Origin: Zancudomyces culisetae HAW-14-8
Taxonomy: Eukaryota > Fungi > Kickxellomycota
Assembly: GCA_052426225.1 (NCBI GenBank)
Contig: JBNJNM010000015.1
Location: forward strand, 1,178,001-1,242,000
DNA length: 64,000 bases
Direction of reading: 5' to 3'
This document shows positions 11,276 through 22,905 of the stretch, one piece after another; within the stretch, counting starts at the first letter, position 1, and each line of letters starts with the position of its first letter. The translations under genes were made by a program, and so were the position numbers. The notes below the pieces were generated by a model. That model saw only the letters and a list, made by a program, of their open reading frames with translations, was not told where the DNA came from and ran no database searches.

Positions 11276-11952
11276 TTAAATGGGCTCATTTGATTTTTAC
11301 TTGTCAATAGCTTTTTTTTGTTGTTATCTATTTACTATTTCGATCTCAGTCACATCCTTTCAGGTACCACGTTAATGTATTACCATATCCCATACACTCA
11401 GATGCAAATAGGAATGTATTTTTTTTTCCTGGTAATGGCAAAGAATTTCGGCATTTTTTTTCTTGTAGCGAATGTTTTGTTGGGTCACAGTCAAGATTTG
11501 CAATACCATTCGCAATAAATTATTTTGTTAGTTTATTTTTATGCAAGTGGTTAAAAAAAAATGAATTACCCATTAACAATTTCATAATAAATACCATTCA
11601 AATTTCTTAATCTCAAGGCAAAGCACAAGTAGTCGTTGTACGAAAGTTCTCCTAATTAATGTAAGTAGCAAATTAACTATACCCTTGGACCAAAGAGATT
11701 GGGATTGGGGATGTCAATTATTTACTTTACTCTATTCCAGTCTATTTAATATTATCCTGGAATCATTTGGTTGCCAGTACCTTGTTTTCTTGGCATTGCA
11801 CACGCTTGGCAAATACTTTCAGAGTCAAAGTCTTTTTCAAGATTCTACAGTTCCATTTAACTCTATTTAATAGCTTACCGAAGAAAACAGAGTAGGAAAA
11901 ACGTAAAAAGTTTATTTTCTTTTGTAGAAACTTTATAGATTGGAACATAGTC

Positions 11953-12576
11953 ATGTCGAGGCTAACAGATGGAGTAAGGGAACTACCAACCTCAACGGGT
12001 TCCGCATCCGGGGGCGGGGGCTTTTTTGCAGACATATCGGATCGAGCCTCAAAATTTGTAACTAATACTCGAGAAAGAATAGTAGGGGACAGCGTTGGGT
12101 ACTTTGCACCGAACGATGAAATGAGCACAAATCAACGAGAAATATTTGGCTTGACCTTTTTCCAGCGATGGGTGGGCGCTATCGGATTTTTGGTCACGGC
12201 CTTTCTATGTTTTTTTATGGCGATAATGGGTCTCCCCTGGGTGATAATCTTGCCGTCCAAGTTTGCAACAAACTTTTCGCTGGGAAGTATAATGACCATT
12301 ATATCAATATCGCTGATGAATGGCCCTAGAGCGCACTTTTACAGCATGTTTTCTAGAGAAAGGATATTCCCAACAGTAATTTATTTTTCATCAATAATAC
12401 TTACAATCGCTGCTTCTGTAGTAATGAAGTCTTATATACTAACCATACTCATGTCCGTTATCCAAATCATTGCATTGGTGAGGTATGTCACAACCTACCT
12501 ACCTTCTGGAGGCCTCTCGGGGTTACAAAACTCTGCATCTGGATTTTCGATGATGCGAAGTGTCTTGCCTATATAA
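11953..12576 (+). CDS. SFT2: Vesicle transport protein Sft2 (Got1/Sft2 family, 4 TM)
   Basis: FGLTFFQRWVGAIGF..., PSKFATNFSLGSI, GPRAHFYSMFSRERIFPT, QIIALVRYVTTYLPSG match the Sft2 pattern. Confidence 0.9.
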   Translation: MSRLTDGVRELPTSTGSASGGGGFFADISDRASKFVTNTRERIVGDSVGYFAPNDEMSTNQREIFGLTFFQRWVGAIGFLVTAFLCFFMAIMGLPWVIILPSKFATNFSLGSIMTIISISLMNGPRAHFYSMFSRERIFPTVIYFSSIILTIAASVVMKSYILTILMSVIQIIALVRYVTTYLPSGGLSGLQNSASGFSMMRSVLPI

Positions 12577-12831
12577 TTGTAATACCTGTTACTACGATAG
12601 CCATTGTGTTTATTAAATTGTCTCTTTTTTTTTTTGTATCACTCTAGCTAGCGTTTGATTTTTATTTTAATATATTATCTTCTAAAAACTATTAGCGTAC
12701 TAAAGGGAAAGTGCACGTTTGCTGATATGTAAGCTTGGGTTTTATACCAAATGTATATCGCCATTAAAGTATACAAAAGCAAAAAACCAAAATAAAAGAG
12801 TGGGCAATTCAAACCTCAGTATAGAAGAATA

Positions 12832-14273
12832 TCATGCCAATGGATCGCGTGATGAAGATACACACGTTAATCTGCATCCAACATTATAGGAACCCCGCGG
12901 CGTAATGGTCTTCTTTGATTCTTCGTTGATACAATTTTTGAGTACGTCATCCAGATCCCATACTTTCAAATATTTGTCAGATGAGACAGAAACCAAAAGT
13001 TTAACTGGGTTTCCATCAAAATCAAGAATGTTCACTGTAGAGAGCCCTTTAATTCTATTTATAAAGAAAGCAAGAATATTGATTACTACAAACTGTTTCT
13101 GAATGAGAGCACTCTTTTTTCAACCCGAATATAAACTCCCTTTTTTTCAGGAAAACAAATAGAAAAGTGCAATTACCTATTGTCGTGAGCCAGAACTGTA
13201 CCAACTTCCGTGTCACCCTTCAAAATGCGCAAATGTTTATCCTGTCCACCAAGGATCAAGTAGTCAGTACCCTCGTTTTCTATATAGACCGCACAAAGAA
13301 CTCGTTGGTTACTTTGAAACGTCGAAATAATAGTTCCCTTTTGTACATCATACACTGCAACTGAATTGTCACTGGAAATTATGGCGTAATGCGTTCCTGA
13401 ACTGTTCCAGACCACCTTTTCGCCCTCTCTGTTGAGCTTGGTTCTGGCCGCCTTTTGGCCAGTTAGCAAGTTCCATACTATAGCTGTTCTATCTTTACCG
13501 ACTGAAATAGCTAGCTTTCCAGTTGGGTGGATTGCAATATCATTTACTTGACCCCTATACATTTTTATGAATATTTAGCTATTTTATATAAAATGTAACA
13601 ATGAAAGCTATAAAGAGGTGTCTTTTTTCATGACTATATCCCCTTGGCTAAACCATTTTTTTAAAAAAAATATAGTAGAATAATAAACTTACGAATGTCC
13701 TTTTAACACTTTTATGACTTCCCAATCCTTAGTTCTGTATATACAAATTTTTCCATCCACTGAGGCGCTAAGTAAATGAGAGTGTTCATGAAAGTGTAGA
13801 GATGTTATGCTTCCACTATGCTCGTGTAGTGACCCAAGCTCTTTCTGCCTTTTCAAATCAAACAACTTTATGACTTCGTCTGTGCTGCCTGATGCCAAAT
13901 ACTTCTCGCCAATTGAAACTGTAGAAATACAGCCTATATGCGAAGGCATAATGAATCGTGGAGTTAGCTCAATCTTTGTATTGGTATTATTGTACTGGGC
14001 TATCATTCCGTATAACACTCTTTCGTAGGTTCCAGCTGCTATCAAAACGCTCTTTGAAACTTTTGAAACCGGCCCAGCTTTTTTTTGCTCAATCTCTTTC
14101 TCTTTCTCTTCTCTTGGCTCGGTATTTGATGATTTATCATTCTCTTTGTTTAAATCGCTATGTTTTGGGATTTTACTTTTTTGATTCCTCTCACCTGCTT
14201 CGCTCGCCCTAACTTCATTTTCTTTTTGATTGTCGGTGATTTCCCCGGCCTTTCTTTTGTTTTTCTTACCCAT
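12832..14273 (-). CDS. MAK11: WD40 60S ribosome biogenesis factor Mak11/PAK1IP1/Skb15; 3 exons 14273-13693, 13554-13177, 13054-12832
   Basis: IAAGTYERVLYG, KYLASGSTDEVIKLFDLKRQKELGSL, HSGQVNDIAIHPTGKLAISVGKD, AHDNRIKG, C-terminal GCRLTCV. GT-AG introns keep frame. Confidence 0.9.
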
Positions 14274-15294
14274 CTTGATTTAGCAGATTCTATAGATAAA
14301 TAGAACACTGAATGTATTGTACTTTACTGTGTATTTCGCTAACTAGCAAAAAATAATAATAAAATATTTTATAGTTGTAACTACAGTTATTCAATCAATT
14401 TTCTTATAATTGCGAAAAAAAATGCAGACAAAAATTTTTTCTATTCGATCTGTCTGTGTTGCAATAATAGGTTTTGTTTCCAGAAACATAAAGTTCAAGA
14501 AAAAAAGAATTAATAACCACTAGCTTGAGATTTGCTGTTTTTGTTTAACTAAAAGAGCAACAAGGGATACATCTACTTCATCCAAAATTGAATGTATACT
14601 TATACATACTTGACCAAGTTCTATCACCACTTACTCTTTCATGTCCTCTATGTTTTGGAGCGAGAACGATCAAAAATATTAGCATAAATTATATCTATGT
14701 TTTTTTTTAGTTTTACAAATATACAAGGTAGTAAATGTTATACTTTTTTATTCTTTGTTCCTCCCTTTCCTTGGCATACACACACCCTCTGTCTTTTTTG
14801 TTTTTATATTTTTTACTTTTTAATACTCGAAACCATCTCATAATAACCCTAATCACAATAACAATGTGTCGGTTTATGGCAGGCATGTTTAATTGTACAA
14901 TCCTCCACCATCAATTCCACCTTGACTTTTTCAGTGAAAACAAAAATACATATAAAGACATAATCAGCCTGCTGGCGAATAAAAATGGTTAAATTGCCTC
15001 AAGATTGGCTTGAATAATTGCCATGGCTCTGTAGCATTTAAAAACAAAGGCTAAAAAAAATCAAACACATTTGAAAGGCAAATGAGAGCAAGCCCGTATA
15101 TAAATAGCAAAGTGGTGCAAAGTTCGTTTATATGTCTTTTATATTCTTATACTTGAATCGACCAAGGCATACTATGCTCTAAGAGTGAAAGAATTTTTCT
15201 TTTATACTTTTTTGCCGTATAGTACTTTTTCTGACATTACCCACATTTCAGTGCATAGTAAATTCAGCGTAGTTGTCCATATTGTTTGTTCAGA

Positions 15295-16141
15295 ATGACA
15301 AAGAAATCAAAAAACGCCTCAACCAAAACGGCTAGCAATCAACCCGAAGGTCCGGAAACTTCTGTGTTCACGGCAAGTCTACCACGATTAATACCACAGG
15401 ATGATCCAGAGTTTACCAGAAGAGGTCCGCGATTAGATAAAGATGGAAAGCCACAGTATCTTGTGGACCTGATTCCTGACAGGAAATATACAGATGAAGA
15501 CGAGAGTGGTGTGGGAACGAACAGTGAAAATGAATCCTTCCAAGAAAACGCGCTACTGGTTTTACATTCTGTAATGTTCTCGCTTTGCTTGTCTCTGTTT
15601 TTCGGTATATTTACCTCACTTGTTAACCAACAGTACGGAATAGACAACGATTTCAGGGAAATTTGCATTTCGGCGCTCAAGGCTATTCCATGTAAGTAGT
15701 TCACTGTAAATATATGTTTTTTCGATACTACTATGTCTATTTTTATTTCTTGAACCATCTATACAGGCCCTTCAAAAAAAGCAGTAGCGCAGAATAATGC
15801 TACTTTTGGAGTATATCCCAACCTAAACATACTGCAACCTAGTAACACTAAAAACATATTCTTGGTATTGTATAGCATTCATAGTCTTTACATTCTTTGT
15901 GTTGAAGTTCAAGGAGTACAAGATAGCGAGATTGCTAATAGTATCCATATCAACCTTCTTTGGATGCTACTTTGTACACCTAAACCTCCACGCACCAAGA
16001 CTTGGAGTGATGAAACGTGCACCTGGGTTGATCACACTGTGGATGTTTCTGGCATTAATTATGGACTTGAGACCTGCGTTTATTAGCATATTTTTTGTTT
16101 CTATGTTTTGGGTGATTGACCCGTTTAAAATTAAACTGTAA
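15295..16141 (+). CDS. Conserved fungal small multi-pass membrane protein of unknown function; 2 exons 15295-15691, 15876-16141
   Basis: Hydrophilic N-terminus followed by about 4 hydrophobic segments. LVNQQYG and GVMKRAPGLITLW recall an uncharacterised fungal family (from memory, not searched). Phase-1 intron gtaagt...tatag joins the two track ORFs in frame. Confidence 0.7.
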
Positions 16142-16512
16142 TATACCAATAACTCAGTAATAATAAACTTAAAAGCATTAAATGGTCAAGGACTCGCTCT
16201 GCCCGGAGAAATATATAGATTTACCAATTCACTCAAACGATGTAAAACGTGTTTAGTGTTTGGACCATGTGCTTTATATCTGACATCCATGGATGTCATT
16301 TCAAGCCTTGGTTTGGGTTTACTACCTGAAAAATGCGCTACCGCAATTACTTCCTGTGATCTTCCAAACTGCACCCTTCAATTCAATTCTACATACCAAA
16401 TGTCTGATAAAAAAACTGTATACTCGCACAAACAAACCGGTCACAACCCTCACCTCATTTCATCTCTCCCTTTCTCTCTCTCTTGCCCCCTCACTTCCAA
16501 TCCAATTATTAC

Positions 16513-19500
16513 TCACAAGCCTTTTAAATGCTCCAAAAGATATTTGGATATTGAGAACCGCTTGTTGTTGGGATCGCCTTTAGTTTTGTTGTTACCAACA
16601 GCTATTTTTTTCAGTTTCTTAAGAAAGTTTTTGGAGCATACTGGATCAAACGGTAAAAGAAAACGCACAAAATCAACATCATTCTTCTTATACGCAAACT
16701 TGAGAGGCAATCCGCTGTACGAATTGACGTTAGCCCCATATCTAATTAGTATCTTCATCATTTCTACATTGCTGTTGTTAAACGCCTCTCTAATTCCATA
16801 CGATGAGTTCAGCACCAAATTGGGATTTTTATTGAGCAAAAACTCCAACACAGGAATGCTGTTTTTTTTGCATGCTTGAACTACTCCACTGTACTCGCCT
16901 CTGTTTAATTCCGCTCCGTTGTCAAATAAAAACTGTAGCAATTTCAGATCGCCGTTTGCGCTTGCCTCTATTACGCCATTATTATAATCTCGATTGATCT
17001 GGGCACCACTACTCAAAAGTAGTCGGATCAGGTTTACATTACCCACTTTTGCTGCCTCTTTTACACCACAAAAAAAATTGTCATCAACGGTAGCTCCTCC
17101 ATCTTTAATCAAGAAGTTGACTAGCTCAAAGTTGTTGTTCTCGCATGCTTCACAAATGCCATTATACTCGACATCCTCTGGCTTTGCGCCCGACTTTACC
17201 AGCAACTTTACTATCTCAAGACTGTTTGCCTTGCACGCTTCTTTAATCCCGTTATTTTTGGGAGAGTGTAAATCAACTTTGTGTTTAATCAGCATCTTGA
17301 CCAACTCAATATTCCCCGTTAGACAAGCTTTATCCAGCCCACTGTGATGCAAATCTCCCACTGTTGCCTTTTTGTCCAGTAAATATTTTAGTATCTGTAA
17401 GCTATTTGATTCACACGCCTCCTTAATTCCGTTATATCGCGGGTCGCTCAAATCTGCCTTCTTTTCTACCAGTAGCTTTACCATTTGCAGATTACCGAGC
17501 TTACATGCTATTTTAATACCATTGAATTGTGACTCGCCATCGACTATTGCCCCACGCTTTAAGAGATATCTCAAAACGGCAACTTCGCCAGATTCACAAG
17601 CTTCGCTTACACCGTTGTATCCCTCTGTGCCTAGCCTCGCACCTTTGCTTATAAAATAATCTATCCACTTTATACTCCCAGCTCTAAATGCAGTTCTTAA
17701 TACTAAAAAGTAATGCGAATTTATTGGTGCTCCGTTTTCTATCAAAAGCTTAAGAAGATCAAAATCCCTGTCCAGTAGTTTTGCCTTTATCGCTTGAAAG
17801 TGTTCGTCGTCCAAAATATCTTTTGCTGTCTGGTCGTTTGAAAACCTTTCATTCATAGAACCACCCTCCACACTAGTAGTCGTATTGAATTCCTGAAATT
17901 GATGCTTCTGGTGTTTCCCTTTACGACTATTCATGTTTTCGGTGACTTGTGAATGAAAGTCGTGCTCCACTCCTTTTTTATTTACAGAAAGACCCTTAGA
18001 GTCATTTTTAATCACATGCCCAACAATCTCTAGAATTCTGCTCTTACATTTTAGCATATTTCTGTTTGTGGCTCTATCAGAGCTCAGCTCGATTTGACTT
18101 AGCAGCTTTTCAATGCCTTTCATATCTTTTAAAGCAAAACGCGCCATAACCATTTCGTAGTAATATCTGTCAAAATCTAGGCCATAAATAATAAGAAACT
18201 CTAAGACCTTTTCAAAACGTAAATTTCTTACGCTTTTTAGGGGCAACTGGTTTTTATTGTCATTTTTTTCGATATTATACTTATCAGATAGGAGAATATC
18301 TAGTATCTCTCCGTTGTTTGACGTACAGACCTCGGGAATGCCATTGTTTTCTTCTTTCCTAAATAACGCTCCCGCTTTAATTAGAAACCGTACCATTTCG
18401 ATATTTTTTTGGCTACATGCGATTTTGATGCCCCTAAACTCTGGCCCTGAAATATTTAACCCTAGGTTAATCAGTAGCCTTACCAACTCGATCTTTCCAG
18501 AGTAAATAGCGTCCAACAAGGTAACCATTCCAACAGTTTTCGGATATCTGTTGATAATCGTTTGGGCTGTTTCAAAAGCACCGTTTTTACATGCTGTCCG
18601 CAATGCATGTTGGTGAATATCATTTTCAGTATAGTTTTCATTTTTGAGTAATTCCTTAACTAGCTCAATATTATTTCTTTCATACGCTACTGTTACCAAC
18701 TTGTTTATGTTATCATAATTGGGTTCGACAAAAGCCAGAAGCTCCGTTGCTATTTTACATTTTCCAAAATGTACGGACATATCAAAAGCTAGTTGTTTAT
18801 CAATTTCATTCGTATCATTGCCAATAAGATGTTTGATGAACTGCCTTCTCTTGTATTTGATTGAATAAAATACACATGAACTGAACGTTATTTGGTTCAG
18901 ATAGTTCTCATACTCATATTCTTCAATAAACTTGACATATTCCCATATGCTAGAGTGCTTTAGCCTATTGATAAACATGCCTATCTCACCCAGAGTCACA
19001 TTTGCAGCAAAAGAAACACTCAACATCCTTTTTAGTAGTTCGAAGTTATGTGCGATACAAACCACATCGGCACCTAAAAGAAAATAATAAATCACAGCCT
19101 TGTTGTTGGAGAGCACTATTCCGTCATTATGTCCCTCAAATATAGCTATAGGAAGGTTAACCGGATGCTGTGATATGTACACTAACCCCTCAAGTGCCAT
19201 TTTATATCTACGATCAGAGAGGCAGTCTACCATAATATACCAGGCTTTGCTCATAGCTACAAGGGGTCTGACACAAAAGTTGTCTGAAGCCACTATATCG
19301 ATCAAGAACCTGTATTCCTCGTCCTTCTGCGTAAGCAGGTCATTAATATCCACGTCTAGGTTTTCATTCTCATTTATAAATGCAGTATCTTTATGTATGA
19401 TTTCTAAAGTATCCGTTTCAACTACAATATACATTTGGAACAATTTCAATGCTATATTATCCCATCCATATCGAAGTGCCATCTCCAATGCAGCTTCGTA

Positions 19501-19791
19501 TTTGACTTTTTTGATTTTCCGCAATAGTAGTATTCCAACTGACTCTCTCAGGGCTAGTTTTGCATAGTGGTAGAATACTGACCTCAAGTTTGAATAGAAA
19601 TCTCTCTTCTTATTATTTTTGGCATTCAAAAGTACAAAATCACTAATCGTGTGCACATCCTGCGAAGAATAATACATGTTTTTATTCAATATCGCTGCTC
19701 TAGGATTTTGTGCAAGCACAAAGATGTCTGACAAAATGTGGGCAGGAAGCCTGTTAAAAATGCCTGAATCTTTTGTTTTGTCCGCGCTCAT
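16513..19791 (-). CDS. Ankyrin-repeat protein (1092 aa) with N-terminal F-box-like motif
   Basis: Intronless ORF. N-terminal IFNRLPAHILSDIFVLAQNP is F-box-like. About a dozen ~33-aa repeats of the type NGIKEAC..GNL.IVKLL...GA. Confidence 0.85.
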   Translation of the reverse strand: MSADKTKDSGIFNRLPAHILSDIFVLAQNPRAAILNKNMYYSSQDVHTISDFVLLNAKNNKKRDFYSNLRSVFYHYAKLALRESVGILLLRKIKKVKYEAALEMALRYGWDNIALKLFQMYIVVETDTLEIIHKDTAFINENENLDVDINDLLTQKDEEYRFLIDIVASDNFCVRPLVAMSKAWYIMVDCLSDRRYKMALEGLVYISQHPVNLPIAIFEGHNDGIVLSNNKAVIYYFLLGADVVCIAHNFELLKRMLSVSFAANVTLGEIGMFINRLKHSSIWEYVKFIEEYEYENYLNQITFSSCVFYSIKYKRRQFIKHLIGNDTNEIDKQLAFDMSVHFGKCKIATELLAFVEPNYDNINKLVTVAYERNNIELVKELLKNENYTENDIHQHALRTACKNGAFETAQTIINRYPKTVGMVTLLDAIYSGKIELVRLLINLGLNISGPEFRGIKIACSQKNIEMVRFLIKAGALFRKEENNGIPEVCTSNNGEILDILLSDKYNIEKNDNKNQLPLKSVRNLRFEKVLEFLIIYGLDFDRYYYEMVMARFALKDMKGIEKLLSQIELSSDRATNRNMLKCKSRILEIVGHVIKNDSKGLSVNKKGVEHDFHSQVTENMNSRKGKHQKHQFQEFNTTTSVEGGSMNERFSNDQTAKDILDDEHFQAIKAKLLDRDFDLLKLLIENGAPINSHYFLVLRTAFRAGSIKWIDYFISKGARLGTEGYNGVSEACESGEVAVLRYLLKRGAIVDGESQFNGIKIACKLGNLQMVKLLVEKKADLSDPRYNGIKEACESNSLQILKYLLDKKATVGDLHHSGLDKACLTGNIELVKMLIKHKVDLHSPKNNGIKEACKANSLEIVKLLVKSGAKPEDVEYNGICEACENNNFELVNFLIKDGGATVDDNFFCGVKEAAKVGNVNLIRLLLSSGAQINRDYNNGVIEASANGDLKLLQFLFDNGAELNRGEYSGVVQACKKNSIPVLEFLLNKNPNLVLNSSYGIREAFNNSNVEMMKILIRYGANVNSYSGLPLKFAYKKNDVDFVRFLLPFDPVCSKNFLKKLKKIAVGNNKTKGDPNNKRFSISKYLLEHLKGL

Positions 19792-20641
19792 CTTGTGCTG
19801 CCTTTTTCATAAACTTCTTTTCTATAGCCTCTATACCTCTTTCTTTGTAAGCTGTGGTAAACGTTGGTAGATCGCACAAGAAAATATACTGTTATTTTGA
19901 GCATAAAAGCAGCAATAAATTAAATAATTTTTTTTTCAACTGGTATTGTAACACTTCAAGCCTGCGCTGAGTTTACCTTTGATATTACTTCATTTGTTGC
20001 TGATTTTTAGTTTACCACGAATAATCAACTTTCCCCAGAATATGTAACCAACTTAATCGTATTTTTATTGGATATTCTTTTCCGACTTCTGAAGTTGCCG
20101 CCTTAGAGCCCGTTATTCGCCATTTCGCCAACAAAATGAGGGGACAATCTCTGTAAGATGCATATCTGTGACCATAAAAATAATTAAATATTTGTTACAA
20201 GAAAAAAATAGAAATGCTTCGGGCAGTTGCTTGTTTAGATCTCCTACCTCGTAAGCGGTGGACTAGTCGCATACACATTTTTCTGTGTTTACTCTATCGT
20301 TTTCCCGTATTTCAAAGATCTGAAACAAGCTGAATCCTACAGTATTTACCCAATCAGTTGAATAATCGAGTGATTGCAATGCGCAAAAAAAAAATAGCCA
20401 AAGCAAAAAGACAAGTAAAAAAACATTGAAAATAAGGTTTCTTATGTTTTTCTTGGCCTCGATTCTGAAATTCAAAAAACAGAAAAATTGGGCTATATGC
20501 ATTATATCAGCAAAATTGCACACCTCAACTTTTTACATTTATAGATATTTATTTTGCACAGTCAAAGTCTGAATAACACTCAAACACAGACTACATTTCC
20601 CGAACTCGCCCAAGTAAGCACTACATTTATAATGTTCAGGA

Positions 20642-21611
20642 ATGAGTTCCATTAAAATCGGTTCGTTGATGGTAAAAACTCTTGCCAAGCCAGGTTAGTC
20701 AATTTTCATTTATATGTATTACTGTTTGTTTTTGTCTTGAAGAAATGATGCTGATATTTATAGCTAGGTTTTGTATGCGTCGCGTTCAATTACTAAACCA
20801 TCTCTATTTCGCGGAAAGGGGAGAGAGAAGAAGGAAGAGGGGGGAGGCGTATGATCAATTAATAGATTTTATTAACATCTTCTTCGATAAATAGTTGCTG
20901 CTAGGCTAAAGGAATTTGCGAAAACTAATCAAACCTTCAGAAGGGCTATTATCAATGGTGCCCAGGTAATAAACAGTTCTCCTCTGGCCCTTTTTAAGTG
21001 CACCAACTTTGAATATACCTCTCATTGATTAATTTTTATACTACCTACTTCTAGGTTAGCCACAGACTTCAAACTAAATGGAGAATAAACGTATTGAACC
21101 AAAAACCAGAGTCCGTTAGACCATATAACGATCAAAAGTAAAACACTTCAACCAAACTATCTATTTTTTTAATTCCACTAGCGTTTCAGCACTACACTTT
21201 ACTATACGTGCTCCAACTCGTTGATGGGTAAAAACCTGTTTTGTTAATAATTTATATTAGGGCCATAAATGTTGCTGTAGATTTTATTGGGGAAGCATTT
21301 GTATTTGGGGTAGCAGTACTACTTATTTTAGGCGAAACTCTGAGGTAAATCTTGTACAACAACCCCTTGTTTAATTATTTTGAACGATACTACAATAATG
21401 CATGGAATGAGCGAGTGATAATAACTTTTGAATGTTAACTAGGTCCAAATCAGCGAGTAAAAAAGAAAAGCAAAAGCTTGAAGATCGTCTTACAGGGATT
21501 GAAGAAAAATTGCAGGAAATTGATATTTGGAAGGAAACTGTATTACTGAAACTAGACTCTCTACATTCTCAGAATAATATTGAAAATGTAAAGACAGAAA
21601 GTGATACGTAG
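20642..21611 (+). CDS. OPA3: OPA3-like mitochondrial protein (152 aa); 5 exons 20642-20693, 20895-20965, 21055-21137, 21261-21344, 21443-21611
   Basis: Not in the ORF track. Spliced translation MSSIKIGSLMVKTLAKPVAARLKEFAKTNQTFRRAIINGAQVSHRLQTKWRINVLNQKPESVRPYNDQKAINVAVDFIGEAFVFGVAVLLILGETLRSKS...coiled coil. All four introns are GT-AG and in phase. Confidence 0.92.
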
Positions 21612-22413
21612 TGCCGGCTTTTTATCTTTTATTATTATTTTCTGAGGTAGCTTTTCAATGTAACCATAACACATAGTAGTTTTTTTGTTGTTTATCTTGG
21701 TTGATATTTCTCTACCAGACATACAACCCTCTCGATCTGTTCAGTATTTAGAATCCTTTAATTATTTTTACAATGTGACTTTTATCAGCTTTGTTTTAGA
21801 TTAATCACTGTCGCCACTACTATTACCATCCCTCCTTATTTGATTCAAAGACGTTGCTAAAGTCAAAAAAATTCATATCACCACTCCGTTGGTTGCTTAT
21901 TAGCATGCCCTACAAAGCTCATATTTACTGATCTGCTGCGAAATAGTTGTTTCTTGGCAACAAAGCACGTTTGTACATCCTAATGCAAGAGAATTTATCC
22001 TGTTTATGATGCAATGTTAAGCGTAAACCAAAATAAGCATCTTATCCGTATTTTTTTTTCTCTTTATTTTATTTTTTCAAAGCAGTTACTGATTACTCAA
22101 GTATCTCATTTTTGGTTTTGTAGGATACACTTTGAAACCTCAGCTATTTGAATTTTACCTTTAATATATCTTGGTATAAATACTTTATTTATTTATTGGC
22201 TAAATTTAATGAACTAGGAAACGTTTGTTAAACTCTGCTCACGACGCATACTCTATACAATTGAAAATTTGAAGAGAAATTAACCTAGTTAAGCTTGACA
22301 TACACTCACTATTGCAAACTCCTATAACGATAATAATAATAGCTACATTGCAAGTGTAGCGATACTCTAATAGCGGTGAAGTTGTACTTAGGGTGCTTGC
22401 TCCCTTTTTTGTT

Positions 22414-22818
22414 TTACAGTTCATTTTTGAATGTCCCGATAAACCTGGAACTAAATTTACAATCAGTAACAGGTTTTCCTGCGCATCCACTATCGTATTT
22501 GTGCTTATACTTGTACGTTCTCGATGCGTTGTTATCACAAACGAGGAAGTAGTTGTTTTTTGAAAATATTATGGCCTGGTCGCCAAATGGGGCGTAGAAG
22601 TGACAGTTTTCACCTTTGCAAATGCGGTCAGCCTTTCTCATAGGAATCCATCGGTTAGCTACAACTCTGCCATCCTGCTCCATGTGTAGAAAGACAACAC
22701 TCTTGTTTTTGGGGTTCGTTCCCAAGTATCCTATAAATTTCTTTCCTGCGCAATCTCCCAGCACTGACTTACAAAGCGTCAAAAATGGTATCGCTGTTAC
22801 CAAGGCTAATCTATACAT
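22414..22818 (-). CDS. Small secreted cysteine-containing basic protein (134 aa), unknown function
   Basis: Signal-peptide-like MYRLALVTAIPFLTLCKSVLG|D, six Cys in the mature part, Lys/Arg-rich, A-rich start context and upstream TATA box. Confidence 0.7.
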   Translation of the reverse strand: MYRLALVTAIPFLTLCKSVLGDCAGKKFIGYLGTNPKNKSVVFLHMEQDGRVVANRWIPMRKADRICKGENCHFYAPFGDQAIIFSKNNYFLVCDNNASRTYKYKHKYDSGCAGKPVTDCKFSSRFIGTFKNEL

Positions 22819-22897
22819 TTTGCCTTTTTTCTAAAGTCTTTTTAGTTCAACAAAGTTAAAATTTTATTTTTCTTACAATTATCGTAGGAGCAAGTTC

Positions 22898-22905
22898 TTT
22901 TTATA
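22898..22905 (-). promoter_or_regulatory. Putative TATA box of the secreted-protein gene
   Basis: TATAAAAA on the minus strand about 80 nt upstream of ATG 22818. Confidence 0.4.

Noticed and set aside
16256-16879. 207-aa + strand ORF
   Set aside because: Mostly antisense to the ankyrin gene's 3' end, non-ATG start, no recognisable features.
21850-22030. Sm-site-like AATTTTTTTG on the minus strand suggesting an snRNA
   Set aside because: No U1/U2/U4/U5 signature sequences nearby.
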